Source of the DNA: Camelus ferus
Lineage: Eukaryota
Direction: 5' to 3'
DNA length: 64,000 nt
NCBI RefSeq assembly: GCF_009834535.1
Contig: NC_045711.1
Location: forward strand, 25,234,001 to 25,298,000
Of this stretch, positions 25,565 through 39,483 are shown piece by piece. Each line of letters begins with the position of its first letter. The stretch's first letter is position 1. The notes below the pieces were generated by a model. It did no database searches and was not told where the DNA came from. It was given only the letters and a program-made list of their open reading frames with translations. The position numbers and the translations under genes are program-made.

Positions 25565-26739
25565 CGGCGGGGGTGAGAATTGGTCTATTAAATTGTAAGC
25601 CCTTCAGAATACCGACCTGATAAAGAAACCTTGCCTTTTTCTGAAACAGTGGAGAGATAAACTCATAAGAAATGAAGAGAAAAGCCGAGGAAGACAGAGG
25701 AATCAGTCCTAAGTGTTCCTGCCCCTTCCTCACAGGTTTTTGCTCCTCCGGCTCTCCCTCTGCCATTCCTCTTTTCCAAAGGTCTCCTGCTGCCAGTACT
25801 GCTGCCCGCACCATCCCAGAGCTCACTTTAAAAAAAAAAACTGAAAGTTTAGCTGATTTACAAAATTGTGTTAATTTCTGTACAGCATAGTGATTCAGTT
25901 ATACATACATACATTCTTTTTTATATTCTTTTTCATTATAGGTTATTACAAGTTATTGAATATAGTTCCCCGTGCTATACAGTAGAACCTTGTTGTTTAT
26001 TCTGTGTATAGTAGTTTGTATGTGCTAATCCCAAACTCTCAAATTATGCCTCCGCACCTCCCCCACATCCTGACCTCATTTTCAAAGGCACTTCAGTGGG
26101 AAACCAGGGGGAAAGTTAAACAAAAAAGAAAAAGGGGAAAGGACCCTCAGAAACTGAGAAGGGAGTTTGTTGAACGCAGTGGCTTGTGCTCCCAGGGCCA
26201 AGGCCACCCTCCAGCAGCGCTGGGTCAGGCCCTGGGCTGAGAAGGGACTAGGCCAGGTGCTGCTCCCAAGTCTTGGGTGCTGTTTGTGGGGCCTTCAGAG
26301 CTAGGCAGGCACCCCTGAGTGAGTGGCACTGCAGAGGGTGTCCACCGGGAACGGTGACCTCTTAGTGTGTTTTCTCTATAATTATGCCTTTTCACCCACT
26401 AGGCTGGAGAGCCCACTCTCCACAGGTCAACACTGCTAAAGCTGGACTTGGAGGGGACCCCCGCTCCCCTGTTGGTCTGGGTAGCATGAGTGCCCATGAA
26501 TTCAAAAACATTTCTGCGCCACACACCGTTTTAGGTACTGAAGACACAGCCCAAGAAAAAGCGGCAAGGTGAGGCCAGCCAGCATCAGCGCCTAGTCTGT
26601 TGGCAGAGACAGACAGGGACCAAATGTCCTTAAGTCTGGGAGCGGCTGCTAAGAGCTACTAAGAAAAATACTCAGTCTGTGGGAGAAAAACGGTGCCACA
26701 CACCCAAGGACGGTGCTGGGCCAGGGAAAACGCGAGGGA

Positions 26740-27360
26740 GTTATTTGAGGCCAGGCGGTTAGGGAAGGCCCTCCGGGGTCTCCCCTGGGGTCTCAGCGCC
26801 CCCTCCCCGCCCCCGCCGGCTGCCCGCTCGCTGCTGCTGGCTTCCCCACCCCCGCGCGTCTGCGCGCTCCTCCTGCGGCGGCTCTGGTCCCTCCTGCCAG
26901 GAGGTGGCCCGAGGCCGGGCCGGGTCCCGCCGCGCGCAGCAGGAGGAGCTCAGGTGCCCAGCGCGCACCGTGACACCAGGGGTGGGTGTCCCCACGGCGC
27001 GCGTGACTCCGCCCCGGCCCCCCCCCGCTCGCGCTGCGCGCCTCGCCCGGCGCCGCACACGCTGCCGGTCTTCCCCGTCCTCCGCCCGCGCCCGGCCCGG
27101 CGCCTGGAGCCCATGGAGCCCGCGGCCGGAGCGCCCCGGGGGAGCGGCGGCGCCGAGGCGCTGCTGGGCGAACTGGAGGCGAGGGTCCAGGACGTGGTGA
27201 GGGCGAGCTCGTGGTGGGAGCGCCATGGCGTGGACTGCGCCATCCTCGCGCTCAGCCTCCTTGCCTTGCCGCCCGGTGAGGGACACGGGGACACAGGGAC
27301 AGGACGATAAGGGGCCCGGGCTGGGGTGAGAGACGGTGGGACGGTGGGTGCGGGGGAGGG
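26740..27360. promoter_or_regulatory. CpG island / FADS6 promoter and exon 1
   Basis: CpG-dense, multiple GC boxes around the FADS6 ATG. Confidence 0.8.
27113..27275 (+). CDS. FADS6: Fatty acid desaturase 6, exon 1 (MEPAAGAP...WWERHGVDCAILALSLLALPP)
   Basis: gagcccATGG start; GTGAGG donor at 27276; 163 nt. Confidence 0.92.
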
Positions 27361-27960
27361 TGACGGACAGGGCTGGGAGGCGGCAGGGTGGGGTAGACGG
27401 CACATGCCTGGGACTCTAGGGCAGAGGGTCACACTCCAACCCCGAAAGTCTGGTTGGGGTGTCCTGCCTTGTGTACCCAGAGAAGCCCTGATGGCATGAA
27501 TGGCGGTGAAGGAGAAAATTGAGAGGAGTCAGGGAGAGGCCAGGAGGGACGAGGTGGCTTGGGGAGGGGGAGGATGATCCGCGGGAACACGAAGTACAGG
27601 ACGAGGGGAGTGAGAGGGAGGATGAGAGTTTTCCCTGGACCTCCCCTGGTCTGGACCACCCCCTATGCTCTGGCCCCATCCCTCCTCTGGCTGGGGTGCA
27701 GAATCAAGACTCCCAGCATCTCCTTGGTGAGTCAGTGGGGCTCTGTTTTGTCCCCAATACTGTAGAGAGAGGCAACCCATCCCCCTCAGGCCATCGTGGG
27801 ACCTGCCTCGCCGCTGTTCTCTATGGCGGCTTGCAGGGCTGGGCCCACATTGGCTGGGCTCCAAGGGATGGAGGCTGGGGTGTTTGGGCCCTGAGCCAAA
27901 AAAAGACCCTGCCCTTACCGCCCGCCCCACCCCCAATCCCAACTCACCCTTCTCCACCAG

Positions 27961-28127
27961 GGTTCCTGTGCCTGCGCTCAGACAATCTTCCGGTCTTTGC
28001 CCTGGGCATCACCATCCTGGGTGTGTGCCACTACACGCTCACTGTCAAGGGCAGCCACCTGGCCACTCATGGTGCCCTCACCGAGTCCAAACGCTGGAGC
28101 AAGATCTGGGCGCTCTTCTTCGTGGAG
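27961..28127 (+). CDS. FADS6: FADS6 exon 2, with first histidine box HLATH
   Basis: tctccaccAG acceptor, GAG|GTGAGC donor, 167 nt. Confidence 0.95.
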
Positions 28128-31100
28128 GTGAGCCTGGGGCTGGACGGGGTAGGAGCAGCTGCTGGTACTGCGTGGGCAACCTCATTGTTCTGTCAGGAAG
28201 GCAGAGGTTTCTGGCCAGGTCATGTTTCTCTCTGGACTGGCCTCAGGCCTCTCAGTTCCTCTGAGTCCTCCCTTCCTCCCTTCCAAGCAGCCCCTCCCAT
28301 GGCCACCCATATCCCTTATGAACAAATATGAAAGCTGGTACCAGAAACAGCCCTTTGCTACTGGGGACTGGTTACCATGATCGATGAACTCAATTATTAA
28401 TTTTTAATAAATTTATATAACTTTATAAAACTTTACTTAACTACACACACACACACACACACATTTGATAAAATTATACCACATCAGTTGGGAGAGAGGA
28501 ACCACTTCTTATCCAGCACACTCTCAACTCCCCAGCACCCACAAGAGGTCCTGTTGGCCATCTCATGCCCACCTCTCCCACCCGCACATGTTTCTAAAGT
28601 GCTAAGGACAAGAGGAACCAACAAGTTCCTAATCCTCAGGGCCCATTTCCAGAAGCCCTCCTTCCCAGGGACCCTGGGCGCTGTTCCAGCTAAATGCTAA
28701 GGCACAGCCCGAACCCAGGAGTCAGAGTCAGATGCCCCCCCAGGTTTGTCATTCCGGGCAGGGGAGAAACTGGGCAATGTTGTGCAGTCACGTGGGGACA
28801 CAAGAGAGGAGAGTGAGCTCTGTCTAGATTTGTCAAAGCTGTGCTGAGTGCCAGGAGCCTGGGGGGCAGCTGAGAATGAAGAGGCATTGTGGGTTCTGGA
28901 TGATCTGACTTCGGGGGATCCCACAGTGCAGAGATGGCCCAGTGGTTCTCGAACTTCCGTGTGCAGCTGAATGGCTGGAGGCTCAGGCTTGTTGGAGGAG
29001 AAGGCCCCGGCCACTGTATTTACCAAGTTCCCCAGCTGGATCTGATACTCTGGGCCTAGACTCCTGGGGAACACAGGATCTCTTCTGGGGCTGAGCTTCC
29101 CACTGAGAAGTCTCCCCAGGTGCCCCCCTTCAGCTAGAGAGCCCCCATAGAGCCACAGAGCATGACCCACCCACCCTGAGGGGCCCAGGTGGCCTGGTGG
29201 CTGTGCATTGTCTTGTCCTCATGAACCCCGGGGAAGTGGCCTCGTCTTTGCCTCTTTACCTCTTTAGCTCCTGGCACAAGGCTGAGCTCAATATTTGTTG
29301 ACAGTGACCCTGCAGGTGACGTAGGGGGACAAGGTCCAGGGAAAAGCTGGCTGATGGAGGGTCATAACCTAGAGGGGGAGGCTTGGCTCCCACCTCCGCA
29401 TAGTGACACTGGCTGGTATACCGCAGTCCACCGCAGGGCAGGTCACACATGGTCTGTCAGCAGGCTAACCTGAGTGGAAGGCCTCTGCTTTTCTGTCCCC
29501 CAGGGCACGACTCTGGCTCCACTCCAGGGAAGACTCAGTTCCCAGTGTGAAGGAGAGGGTGGCTCCGTCTCTTCAGCCCACTGGTATCAGTGGGGCGAGT
29601 GGAGTCCTTGGTCCCATCGGCTGGGCAGGGGACAGTGTCGGGGGCACAGTCTTTGGACACACTGGCTGCCTGACCTTGGGCAAGTTACTTCATTCCGCAT
29701 CTAAGGGTTAGTCCCATCTAGTACATGAGAGTAGTAACACAGCCTCTCTCAGGAAGCCAGCGTGAGTTTTGAACGAGACGTCGTAGATCTTAACTCAGGG
29801 TCCGGGCCTGACTCTCATGCTTGCCGGGGTGAGCTTCCCTGGTTCTTTCCCCGGAGGGAACTCAGCTGCAGGAGAAGGGTTGGTAGTTTTTGTTGTTATT
29901 TGTTAGTATTGTTTATTTTTAAACTGAAAGGTCGACCAAGTTATGCAAAGCTTGATGCAGCTGTGTGTGTGTGTGTGTGGTGAGGGGGCTGTTTGCCGAG
30001 GCCCCGGATGACCATCTGTCCTCTGCATCACACAAAGTACCAGTTTTCGCTGCCCAGGATCTCAGGAGCTCAGTGGATGACCTGCGACTCCTGGATCCCT
30101 GACCCTCCCCCTGTGCCCAGTCCTGTTGTCTCTTGTTAGTCCTCCTCTCCCCCAACCATGACCCTCAGGTAGCACCATCACTAGAGAAGAATCTCATCCT
30201 CTAGTTGCAACCTCAGGGGTCTGCTGAGTGTCACTGGCTTTCCTGGGACACCCAGCTTTTGCTGGATTTATCCTCAAGGTCACTGGCAAGAGCTGGGGGT
30301 GAGACAGGACCTCACTCTCTCTGACCCATTGGATCTGAGCAGAGGGGCGAGCAGGATGGAGGGGGCGGCTGACATCCAGGTTATTGTTGTTTGTCTGCTA
30401 AGATATCCAAAGTCATACACCCCTCCCATTCCACGGTGAACTTCCCTCTAAAGACCCATTTCCAGTCTACGCTAGAATGTTCCATTCCCCCAAGTAGCGT
30501 ACCTCTGACCTTCTACCCTGCCCACTCATTACCCTGGTCTGTCCCTCCCTGTGCTGGCCTATGTCATGGGTATATTCCTGGGGACTGCCAGTGAAGGGCC
30601 ATAGGAATGTGGGGGACAGGCTGGGGCAGGCAGAGCCACCATGGTTTACAGTTTATGTCCTGAAGCTTGGGGAGTGTTAACTCCTGCAGTCAAGAGGGCT
30701 TTAGGAACTCCCCCACAAGTCACTCACAATCAAGATGTTCCCCTGAGTGGGAGGGAACAGGCCGTGCCAGTTGCTAAGCTCTGTTGTGTCTCAACTTCAA
30801 ACCCTCTTTCTAAAGTCAGCTTTGTGCTACGGGGGTGGAGTCACAGCTGGTCCAAAGAGAGCAGAGGCTGGCTGTGCTCTGGGGGAGGGGTGACGCCCAG
30901 GGGAACCTTCATCCAGTCCCATGTGGTGGTGGTGGAAACAGAGCTCAGAACCCCCAGCCTGACCATAATTCTGGAACGTTCTCTTCCCACGAATTCAGTG
31001 TGGCTACTATTATCCTCAGGGCTGTTTCTGATCTTTCTGCTAGTCCCCACACGAACCTCGAGGGGCGGTAATCTGAGTGTTGCTCCACTATGATTTTTAT

Positions 31101-32029
31101 CCGCAGTACAAAATATACTTTTGTAAAAAAGTTTTTTAATTTTTGAAATAATTATATAATAATATAAATTCACAGGACATTGCAAAAATAGAACAGAGAG
31201 GTCCAGTGGACCCTTCACCCCATTTCTTCCAATAGTTATCCATTGACATTGGTGTGTGCACGTGTTGTGTGTGTGTGTGTCTGTGTGTGTGCAATTTTAT
31301 CACATGTGCAGATTTATAAAATGTACTTTTAAGGGGTCTCATGGCGAGTCCCACTCTTGTGGGTCTCTAGAAGCCTGGCTCCGGGTGTGTTACATCGCCC
31401 CCTAGAGGCGGGGGGCCCTGGGGCAGTATCAGGTGCTGGTCTGTAGGTGGCAGCACTGAGTCTGATAAGTGGCCCACGGGGAGGGGCTTGGAGAGAAAAG
31501 GGTAGGGTTGCTTGGAGGCGCGCAGTGGCTGCCCAGCTGGGAGAGGAGACTTGGAGGGAGGCTTGGTTTGATGGGGAGCTTCGGGGGCTGAGACAGTGTG
31601 GGTCGAGGCGCTGCGTGGGCGATGACTGGATGGCTGAGCAGTACACTCAACATCACCGAGCCTCTGCTCCCAGGCGAGCCCTCTGCCAGGTGCTGGGGAC
31701 ACACAGTGAACCAGACCCTCTTTCAGTTCCCCAAGGGCTCAGTGGGGAAACAGACACACACATATGACATGAAAATAACAAACCTCCTAATTACACCGGC
31801 TGACCCTTATTGGGTGCTTAGTGTGTACTTTACCTAAATTATCTCATTTAATAGTCACGCCTCCCTATTAAATATCACCTTTACTCTGTAGATGAGGAAA
31901 CACTGGTTGGGGAGGTTAAGTCACTTGCCCCAGGCTGCACAGCTGGTTCGCAGCACAGGACCAGGGCAGGCAGAATGTGGCAGCAGCATCAACCAGGTGA
32001 TGTGAAGGCTGTGAGAGCACAGAGAGGAG

Positions 32030-32228
32030 AGCACGTGACGGGGACACGGGTAATGTCTGCAGACGTTTGTGGCTGTCACAACTGGGCTGTGTCGGTGTCT
32101 GTGTGCACATGTGCTAAGGGATAGAGGCCAGGAACGCTGGTAAACATCCTACAATGTACAGGACAGCCCTCCAGAACATAGGATGACACCGCCCCAAATG
32201 TCAATAGTGCCAATGCTGAGAACCCCTG
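32030..32228 (+). mobile_element. MER20 (hAT-Charlie)
   Basis: aatgtctgcagacgttt...aaacatcctacaatgtacaggacagccc...aaatgtcaatagtgcc...gagaacccctg. Confidence 0.9.
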
Positions 32229-32629
32229 GCGACAGTGTCTGGAGGAGACGCTGGCCAGGCCCAGAAGCCGGAAGGTGGGTTCAGGCTGAGCAGACATACA
32301 GACAAAGGCGTGGATATGGGAAACAGCATGGTTCTTGAGAGACCCACAGAAATCTGGGGTTGCTAGAATCTAACAGGGACTCTGGAGCAAATTGGACGAG
32401 GAGGCCCGTGTGCCAAGCAGAGGAGCTGGGAGTTTCCCAGGACAACGGCTGAAAGGGGAGAGAATTTTGTAGATGTAGGATCAGCGCCCACTACATCCAG
32501 CCTAACGAGGGGCTCGGGCTCCTCCTTCACCACGGCCCCTCTCTTACCTAAAGGTGCTAACACATTGCCACATCCCATGGAGCCTGCGGAAGAACCCGCG
32601 TGCCCTTGGAGAATTGTGTGCTCACTGAG

Positions 32630-32795
32630 TAGGGCTGTCAGATGCAGCCAATAAAAATACAGGATGCACAGTGAAGTCTGAACTTCAGATAAATGAATGC
32701 AGGCAATATTTGGGATATAGGTCTACAAACAAGGACTGGTTATTTTGTCCAAAACTAATTTATCTGGGTGTCCTATACTTTATCTGACAAACCCA
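32630..32795. mobile_element. MER53 hAT MITE with internal deletion
   Basis: Inverted ends tagggctgtcagat / atctgacaaaccc; aataaaaatacaggatg and gggtgtcctatactttatctg. Confidence 0.85.
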
Positions 32796-35700
32796 ACGCT
32801 GAGGACTGTGGAGCCTCAGGGACCCCTCCTGCTGACTCTGAAGCCCATTGTGAAGGGGCTGCTCAGCCCTGGGGTCAGTGGGAGAGGGTTTGGAGAGAGG
32901 AATGGGAGCTGGGATGAGCCACAGTCCCTCTTTCTCCTCCTCTCCACGCCTGAAGCCCTCTTCTCCTGTTGCCCTCTCCGGAGTGGTCCCATTGTGCCCC
33001 TGGCCTCGATCCCACCCCCATCTCTGCCCTTCCTGTCCTCACCTCTCGCCACATCCCTCACCTGCAGCCTCCCACCCATCACCTGCGTTGTCCTACCCCT
33101 CCCCTTCCAATCCAGTCAGGTCACCTGTGTAAAACCCAATGGCGTGTCATAATCTCATAATAAATAAACTGAAAGGGGAAAATACTAGGGAACATGTAAG
33201 AGATTGAGGACCTCCCTCACCTCCCAAGAGGAAAATAGGGCAGCCGGGGGTGAGGTAGGAAGAAGACTCGTCACTGTGAGCTATTTGAATTATGTAAACG
33301 TATCACCTGTTCAAAAAATAAGTTACCAGCTGGGATAACTACCTGTGGCAGCTGGTGGAGGTCTGAGGATGCTTACGTGAACAGACAACTGAATGAAGGG
33401 ATGAATGAACAAATGAGAGCCGGGGCCCCCGATTTTAGCAGAAATAAGATGTCAAGAGGAACTGCAGACATCTGCCCGCACACGCTCTGCCTGTTTGCAA
33501 AACCTGAGTGCAGCTAAGGGATGGGGACTCTTAAGTTTCCCTGAAGGGCACAGAAGGTGGTGATATCAAGAAGCTTCTGGAACTTTCTCTGGGTCTGGAT
33601 GTGAGATCCTCTTGGGTGAGACCTGTAAATAATCCTTCACAGCAGGACTGCCCCCGCAGTGCGTGGCCACATCCCCCTGCCCTCTGGGTGGTGGGATCCC
33701 ATGAGCCAGGCCACAATTAGTGTCCAGTCGCCCCTTCTCCCAAGCCCACCGCTTTCCCTCCCGCTCTGGAAAAGGCATCTAGATGGGAGGGAGAGGTCCA
33801 GTGTTACAGAAACAGCCTCAGATCTGTTGTTATTCATATAAAAAGTCAAATCGCATGCAGATTTGGGAAGCATGTTCTGAGTCACAAACCATGTGTTACA
33901 TACCACACAGGTGGCTTGTCGCCTCCACCCTGTCCCTGCCCCATCCTCAACTGGGCACGTGGCAGAGAGCCCCACCAGGTCCCCAAGGGTTGAGTTCCTA
34001 ACAATCTTGGCCAGGTTCAGGCCCCTGGTCATTTCTGGCTTTGCTACTCAAAGTGTGGTCAGCTGCTGCTCTGAGAGGGGATGCATAGCTTGGGACAGAA
34101 GGAAGGGCAACTTTGACCCTAAGCAGATGGCTGCGTTCAGCTGATGTTTCTTGAAGAAGGACGCTGTGCAGATAGGGTGGGTCCTTGGAGCAGAAATGCA
34201 TGGAAGGAGCAGTTAAAAACAGTTGCTTCTTCCAGTTACAGAACCACGAGGTTCAAAACACACACTTCTAGGCCTTGGGCAGAAGCAGGCGGGCCTCCCA
34301 GCAGACCCCGGCTGCAGCCCCTGTGTTGAACCAACCTAACTGCCTGACCCTCTTAAGCAGCAAATTCTTCGAGATCATTGGGCCTGGAAGAGACATCACT
34401 TTGACAGTTTACCTGCCCGGCCTCTGCAGCCTCCCACAGGTTCCATCCGTCTGCGAGGTTTCAGAAACAGAACAAGCCCATCCCTCCCCGGTTTTACGTC
34501 ATCTGAGAGCAAAGCGCCTCCTGATTTTGTGGACTCCAAAGCCACGCAGTCACTGAACCAGCCTTTCCTTTCATGCCCCCACCCCCCTTCAGAGGGGCCC
34601 GCACAGTACTGGTTTGACACATTTTCCGTGTCTGTGGTAGGACTGCCGTTGTGACGTGCTCCCCAGCGCCCTATGGACAGGGCTTCTGGCTACGTTTCAG
34701 TTTCATTTCATTCCAAGCGAGAAAGTCTTTGCAGATGGTATGAAGACAATGTCGTTCCTTATCTGTCTTCTCCTGGTTTTGCTTCTGCTGCCTGGGCCCC
34801 GAGCCGGGTTCGTGCTCTGTTGTAGCAGGTGGCTCACCCTAGGGGTCTCATGGCTTATCTTGGATGGAACCTGGGTTCCAGTCCCACCTCTGCCACCGAC
34901 TTAGCTGAGTGCCCTGGGGTGGTCACATGGCCTCTGTCTCAGTTTCTGCTTCTGTCAACTGTGAATAATAACATCACTGACTCCCTCGGCTTGGAATATT
35001 AACAAAGTCACGCGTGTGAAGTGCGGAATGATAAGCGCTCAACCGCATGTGTTCTGCTGTCTTTCTGGGGCTCACGGTGACTGGCATTGGGAAACCCTTC
35101 ATGTTCTCCTGGAAATAGGCAGGCAGCGTCTTCAATAAAATTAGCAAAATCTGGCATGGATAAAACATGGGAAGAGGCTGATATCTGCATGTTCATTTGC
35201 ATACATCTGTATAAGAAACACCTTAGCACCTCTTTTGCATTCAGAATGACTGCTCTTCTTGGAGTCAGAAAGCTACTGCTGCTCACTCCCAGCTCCAGAG
35301 AATCCCACGTGGGGTCACGTCAGAGAAGAGTCATCCCTGGGAAAATGGTCACTCTCAGCCCCCCACCAGGGCACCCTCAATCTGACTGCCACCCTTGTGG
35401 ACATTTCAGGAGATGGCCTCCCTTCGCCCCCAGACCGCTCCTGTCCCCCTCCCCTCACTGCTATGGGGTCAGAATACAAAGCAGTGTTAGGAAGGTACAG
35501 ATATTTCCCAGATAAACTTGCACAAAATAATTGCCGTCGGATGCCAAGAGCTCCACCTGCAGTGCATCCAGTCCTCTGAGAGCCCTCTCAGGCTTGCGGG
35601 CTGCAATCAGCAGGGCTGGCCTCCCGCCCCGAAATGCTTTGCAGCACCATGCCAAGTGGATGAAGTTGGTTTGATCGGCTGCCACACGGTGGTCATGGAT

Positions 35701-35865
35701 ACCAGAGAGTTGATGGTCAAAGCTGATGAGCCGGGGGTGTAAGGCAGGAAGGCCCTGGAAATGCAGGGATCTGGGGAAGGAGGGTGTTCTCAAGGCTCCA
35801 AAGGTCCTCTTTGCTCGCCTCTGCCTGATATGGACCCCAGCGCCCTTTCTGACTCCCTCCTCTAG

Positions 35866-36046
35866 GTGTGCACATCCTTCACTGCAGAGTACGCCAAGTA
35901 CGGGCACGTCAAAATGCACCATGGCTACACCAACGTGCTGGGCCTGGGGGACTCCAGCACGTGGAGGCTGCCCTGCCTCAACCGCTACGTCTACATGTTC
36001 CTCGCTCCTCTCTTGATCCCCCTCATAACGCCGCTGGTGGCTGTCG
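35866..36046 (+). CDS. FADS6: FADS6 exon 3, with second histidine box HVKMHH
   Basis: ctcctctAG acceptor, GTGAGT donor, 181 nt. Confidence 0.95.
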
Positions 36047-36665
36047 GTGAGTAGGCCAGGGACGTGCCCCCCAGATACCTGGCCCCCTCTATCCTTCCTT
36101 CCTCTCCTCGCTTCACAGAGGCTTCGTGGAGGAAGTGAGGAGCCCTGAGTTAAGACCAGACAGCAACTTTCTGAGACAACTAGGCAGGGTGGAAAGAACC
36201 TTGGACCTGGGGCCAAGTCTGGCTCTGCCACTTACTGGCTGGTGACCGCAGGCAGGTAACTTAACCTCTCTGAGCCTTAGGTTCTCACCTGCTCCTCAAG
36301 GATGGTGTGAAAGCATCCTGAGGTCATAGCTGGAAAATGCTTTGTAAATGCCTCACACTCTAGTGCATGTTATGACTTTTAATATCACAGGAGCAATATC
36401 ATACGGTGGAAGAAGCAGGGGCCACGGGGCCACCAGACTGGGGTTCAAGCCCCAGGCCACCACTTACTATCAGAGTGGCCTTGGTCAGGTTGCTGAATGC
36501 CATTTTCTCATCCATAAAATGGGCAAATCTACTTTTCAGGGCTGTGTGTGGATGGACTGAACACCTAGGGCACCCTAGTTCACACCATTGAGCCACCAGG
36601 GAGCCAGCTTATGTTGAGATTGGAGCCTGGCCGGGCCTCACCCTGTTTCTTGCCCCCTCTGGCAG

Positions 36666-36853
36666 AGCGGCTGAGAGAGGTGGAGCTCAGGACGGCCCTG
36701 CGGACGCTGGGCCTGATTTCCCTGGGCCTTTATTCTCACTACTGGCTGCTCCTGAACGTGTCTGGCTTCCAGAGCCCCGGCTCGGCCCTGGTCTGCATGT
36801 TCATCACCAGGTCCCTGCTGGCCCACCCTTACCTCCACGTCAACATCTTCCAG
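36666..36853 (+). CDS. FADS6: FADS6 exon 4 (ERLREVEL...HPYLHVNIFQ)
   Basis: cctctggcAG acceptor, CAG|GTGAGG donor, 188 nt. Confidence 0.95.
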
Positions 36854-37932
36854 GTGAGGCCTCCTCTACCCTGAGCTTGGTGATGGGGGACGCGGGGACC
36901 ATTCTCCAGGGTGCCTGGCCGCAGGCTGGACTCTAGGTTTTGGGGGGAGAGAGGCCACCTGAGGAAGCATCCCCTCGCCTCCCACCCACCCCTCTGCCCT
37001 TCTCTCTGTGGGTCATCACAGAGAGTTTTGGTCCCAGGTAAGGAGTTTGCTTCTCTTCCACACTGGCTGCTGTTCACACATGGACTGGAGATTTATTAAG
37101 AACCTTCTCTGCACAGGTCAGTTGATTAAGCTCTGTGGGGACACAAGTGAATAGGACCCCAGCTCCTACCGTCAGGGTTTTCACTGTGATAAGCCCAAGG
37201 AAAGTGAAACAAGTGCATGGCAGAGGTCCCAGCGCACATGCTGAGAGGAGCTGGAGATGGGAGGTCCTCGTGGGAGGCCAGCTCAGTTCTGGGGCCATTT
37301 CCATAGGACCAGTGAAGACCCCAGTTTACAGCATCCTGCATGCGACCATCCCAGCACTTACTGCATAGCCATCAACGACTTAATCCCATCTGTGGCCCAT
37401 CTGTTTGTCCTGCTAGAGTGGAAGCTCCCGTTCACATCCACATCCTCTAGACCTAGGACAGTGCCTGGAAGAGGAGGCATTTATATATACTTGCTGAACA
37501 AAAAAATATACAAGGATGTGCAAACTTGATCTTGAGCCATGAACAGGATTTCTTTTTAATTGATATAGTCGGTTTGTAATGTGTTAATTTCTAGTGTACA
37601 GCAAAGTGATTCATTTATACATATATATATTCCTTTTCATATTATTTTTTATTATAGGTCATTACAAGGTATTGATTATAGTTCCCTTTGCTATACAGTA
37701 GGACCTTGTTGTTTATCTATTTTATTTATAGGAGTTAGTATCTACAAATCCTGAACTCCCAATTTATCGTTCTCCATCTCCTCCCCCACTGGTAACCATA
37801 CGTTTGTTTTCTATGTCTGTGAGTCTGTCTCTGTTTTGTAAATAAGTTCACTTGTGTCCTTTTTTAGTAAAGATTCCACATATAAGTGATATCATATGGT
37901 ATTTTTCTTTCTCTTTCTGGCTTACTTGGTAT

Positions 37933-38150
37933 NNNNNNNNNNNNNNNNNNNNNNNNNNNNNNNNNNNNNNNNNNNNNNNNNNNNNNNNNNNNNNNNNNNN
38001 NNNNNNNNNNNNNNNNNNNNNNNNNNNNNNNNNNNNNNNNNNNNNNNNNNNNNNNNNNNNNNNNNNNNNNNNNNNNNNNNNNNNNNNNNNNNNNNNNNNN
38101 NNNNNNNNNNNNNNNNNNNNNNNNNNNNNNNNNNNNNNNNNNNNNNNNNN
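37933..38150. other. Assembly gap (218 N) adjoining an L1 fragment
   Basis: N run. Confidence 1.
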
Positions 38151-38560
38151 TTTTCAAATTATATGCCCAGGAGAGGGAATCATGAGCAGGACTTGAAAAG
38201 AGAGCAGAGAAGGGTCTCTCCAGGATGAAGTGAAGGAACAGGGATGTGAGAGACTGTGGTGGGCAGTCGTGGGCTTTAAAGTATCACAGGATCTGAAGGA
38301 TACCCAAGCCAAGCCCCTCACTGCACGGATGGGGAGAGAGGCCCAGAGAGGGGACAGATTCAGCGCAGAGCACAGACAGGGTCGTCTTGGAGCTGGGCTG
38401 AGAACCTCAGCCTCCTCATGTCTCTACCAGGTCCCGATGGAGTCGGGGGCAGAGGAGGGAGGGCAGAAGAACCCACAGGTCCCCCAGTGCTAGGTGAGGA
38501 TGCCTGGGGCAGGTGGAGAGGCACAGTGCTGCCTGGCGTGACCCTTGTTGTCTATGACAG

Positions 38561-38740
38561 CACATCGGACTGCCCATGTTCTCCCGGGACAAGAAGCCCC
38601 GACGGATTCACATGATGAGCCTGGGAGTGCTTAACCTGCCCCGGCTGCCCGTGCTGGACTGGGCGTTTGGCCACTCCCTCATCAGCTGCCACGTGGAGCA
38701 TCACCTCTTCCCCAGGCTCTCTGACCACATGTGCCTGAAG
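38561..38740 (+). CDS. FADS6: FADS6 exon 5, with third histidine box HVEHHLFP
   Basis: tctatgacAG acceptor, AAG|GTAGGT donor, 180 nt. Confidence 0.95.
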
Positions 38741-39333
38741 GTAGGTGAGGGTCAGGCTGAAGGGGCTCAGAAGAAGGAACTCTCTGAGGGCAGAAAGGGA
38801 GTCTCCTCCAGGGTTCTCTGAGAACCTGGCCTGGTCAGAGATTCCCAGAAAGGGCAGCCCAGGGTACAAGCAGCAGTGTGGGTTTCCTACCAGAGACACC
38901 TGGGTTTTTCACTAGCAGTGCGACTCTGGACAAGTTAACTGAATGGCTCTGAGCCTCAGCTTCCTCACCTTTCAAATGGGATTAGGCAGTGCTTACACTG
39001 ACAGGCTTTGAAGATGAAATGAAGAAGTGGATCTGAAATGTTGGGCACACCATAAGTGCTTGATAAAAGGAGCTATGGTGTTTATTGCCCTGTGCTAAGG
39101 ACGACTGTCAAACAGTCTGGAGTCCTGGCGGAGGATGTTGGGGAGAAGTCCACCCTTTTCCCTTGCCTGCTAGAAATGGGGAGGCAGGAATTCTCCAAGC
39201 CCTTCAGCTCCCCCAGAGCATCATGGGACAAAGCAGACAGGAGCTGGGGCTGGGAAGAGGAAGGGTCTCCATGGGGAGGGACCTGTCCACAGTCCCGGCT
39301 CAGCGGCCCCTCCTCCTGCCCATCTTCTGGCAG

Positions 39334-39483
39334 GTGAAGCCCGTGGTGTCCCAGTTCCTTCATGAGAAGCAGCTGCCATACAACGAGGACTCCTACCTGG
39401 CTCGCTTCCGGCTGTTTCTCAATCGCTACGAGGAGTTCATGGTGCAGACGCCCCCCATCACAGAGCTGGTGGGGCTGCAATGA
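39334..39483 (+). CDS. FADS6: FADS6 exon 6 (VKPVVSQF...TELVGLQ*)
   Basis: cttctggcAG acceptor, TGA 39481-39483; total 1029 nt = 342 aa; no cytochrome b5 HPGG motif. Confidence 0.95.
   Translation: MKPVVSQFLHEKQLPYNEDSYLARFRLFLNRYEEFMVQTPPITELVGLQ

Noticed and set aside
35461-36231. 256-aa antisense ORF over FADS6 exon 3
   Set aside because: Shadow ORF without recognisable protein features.
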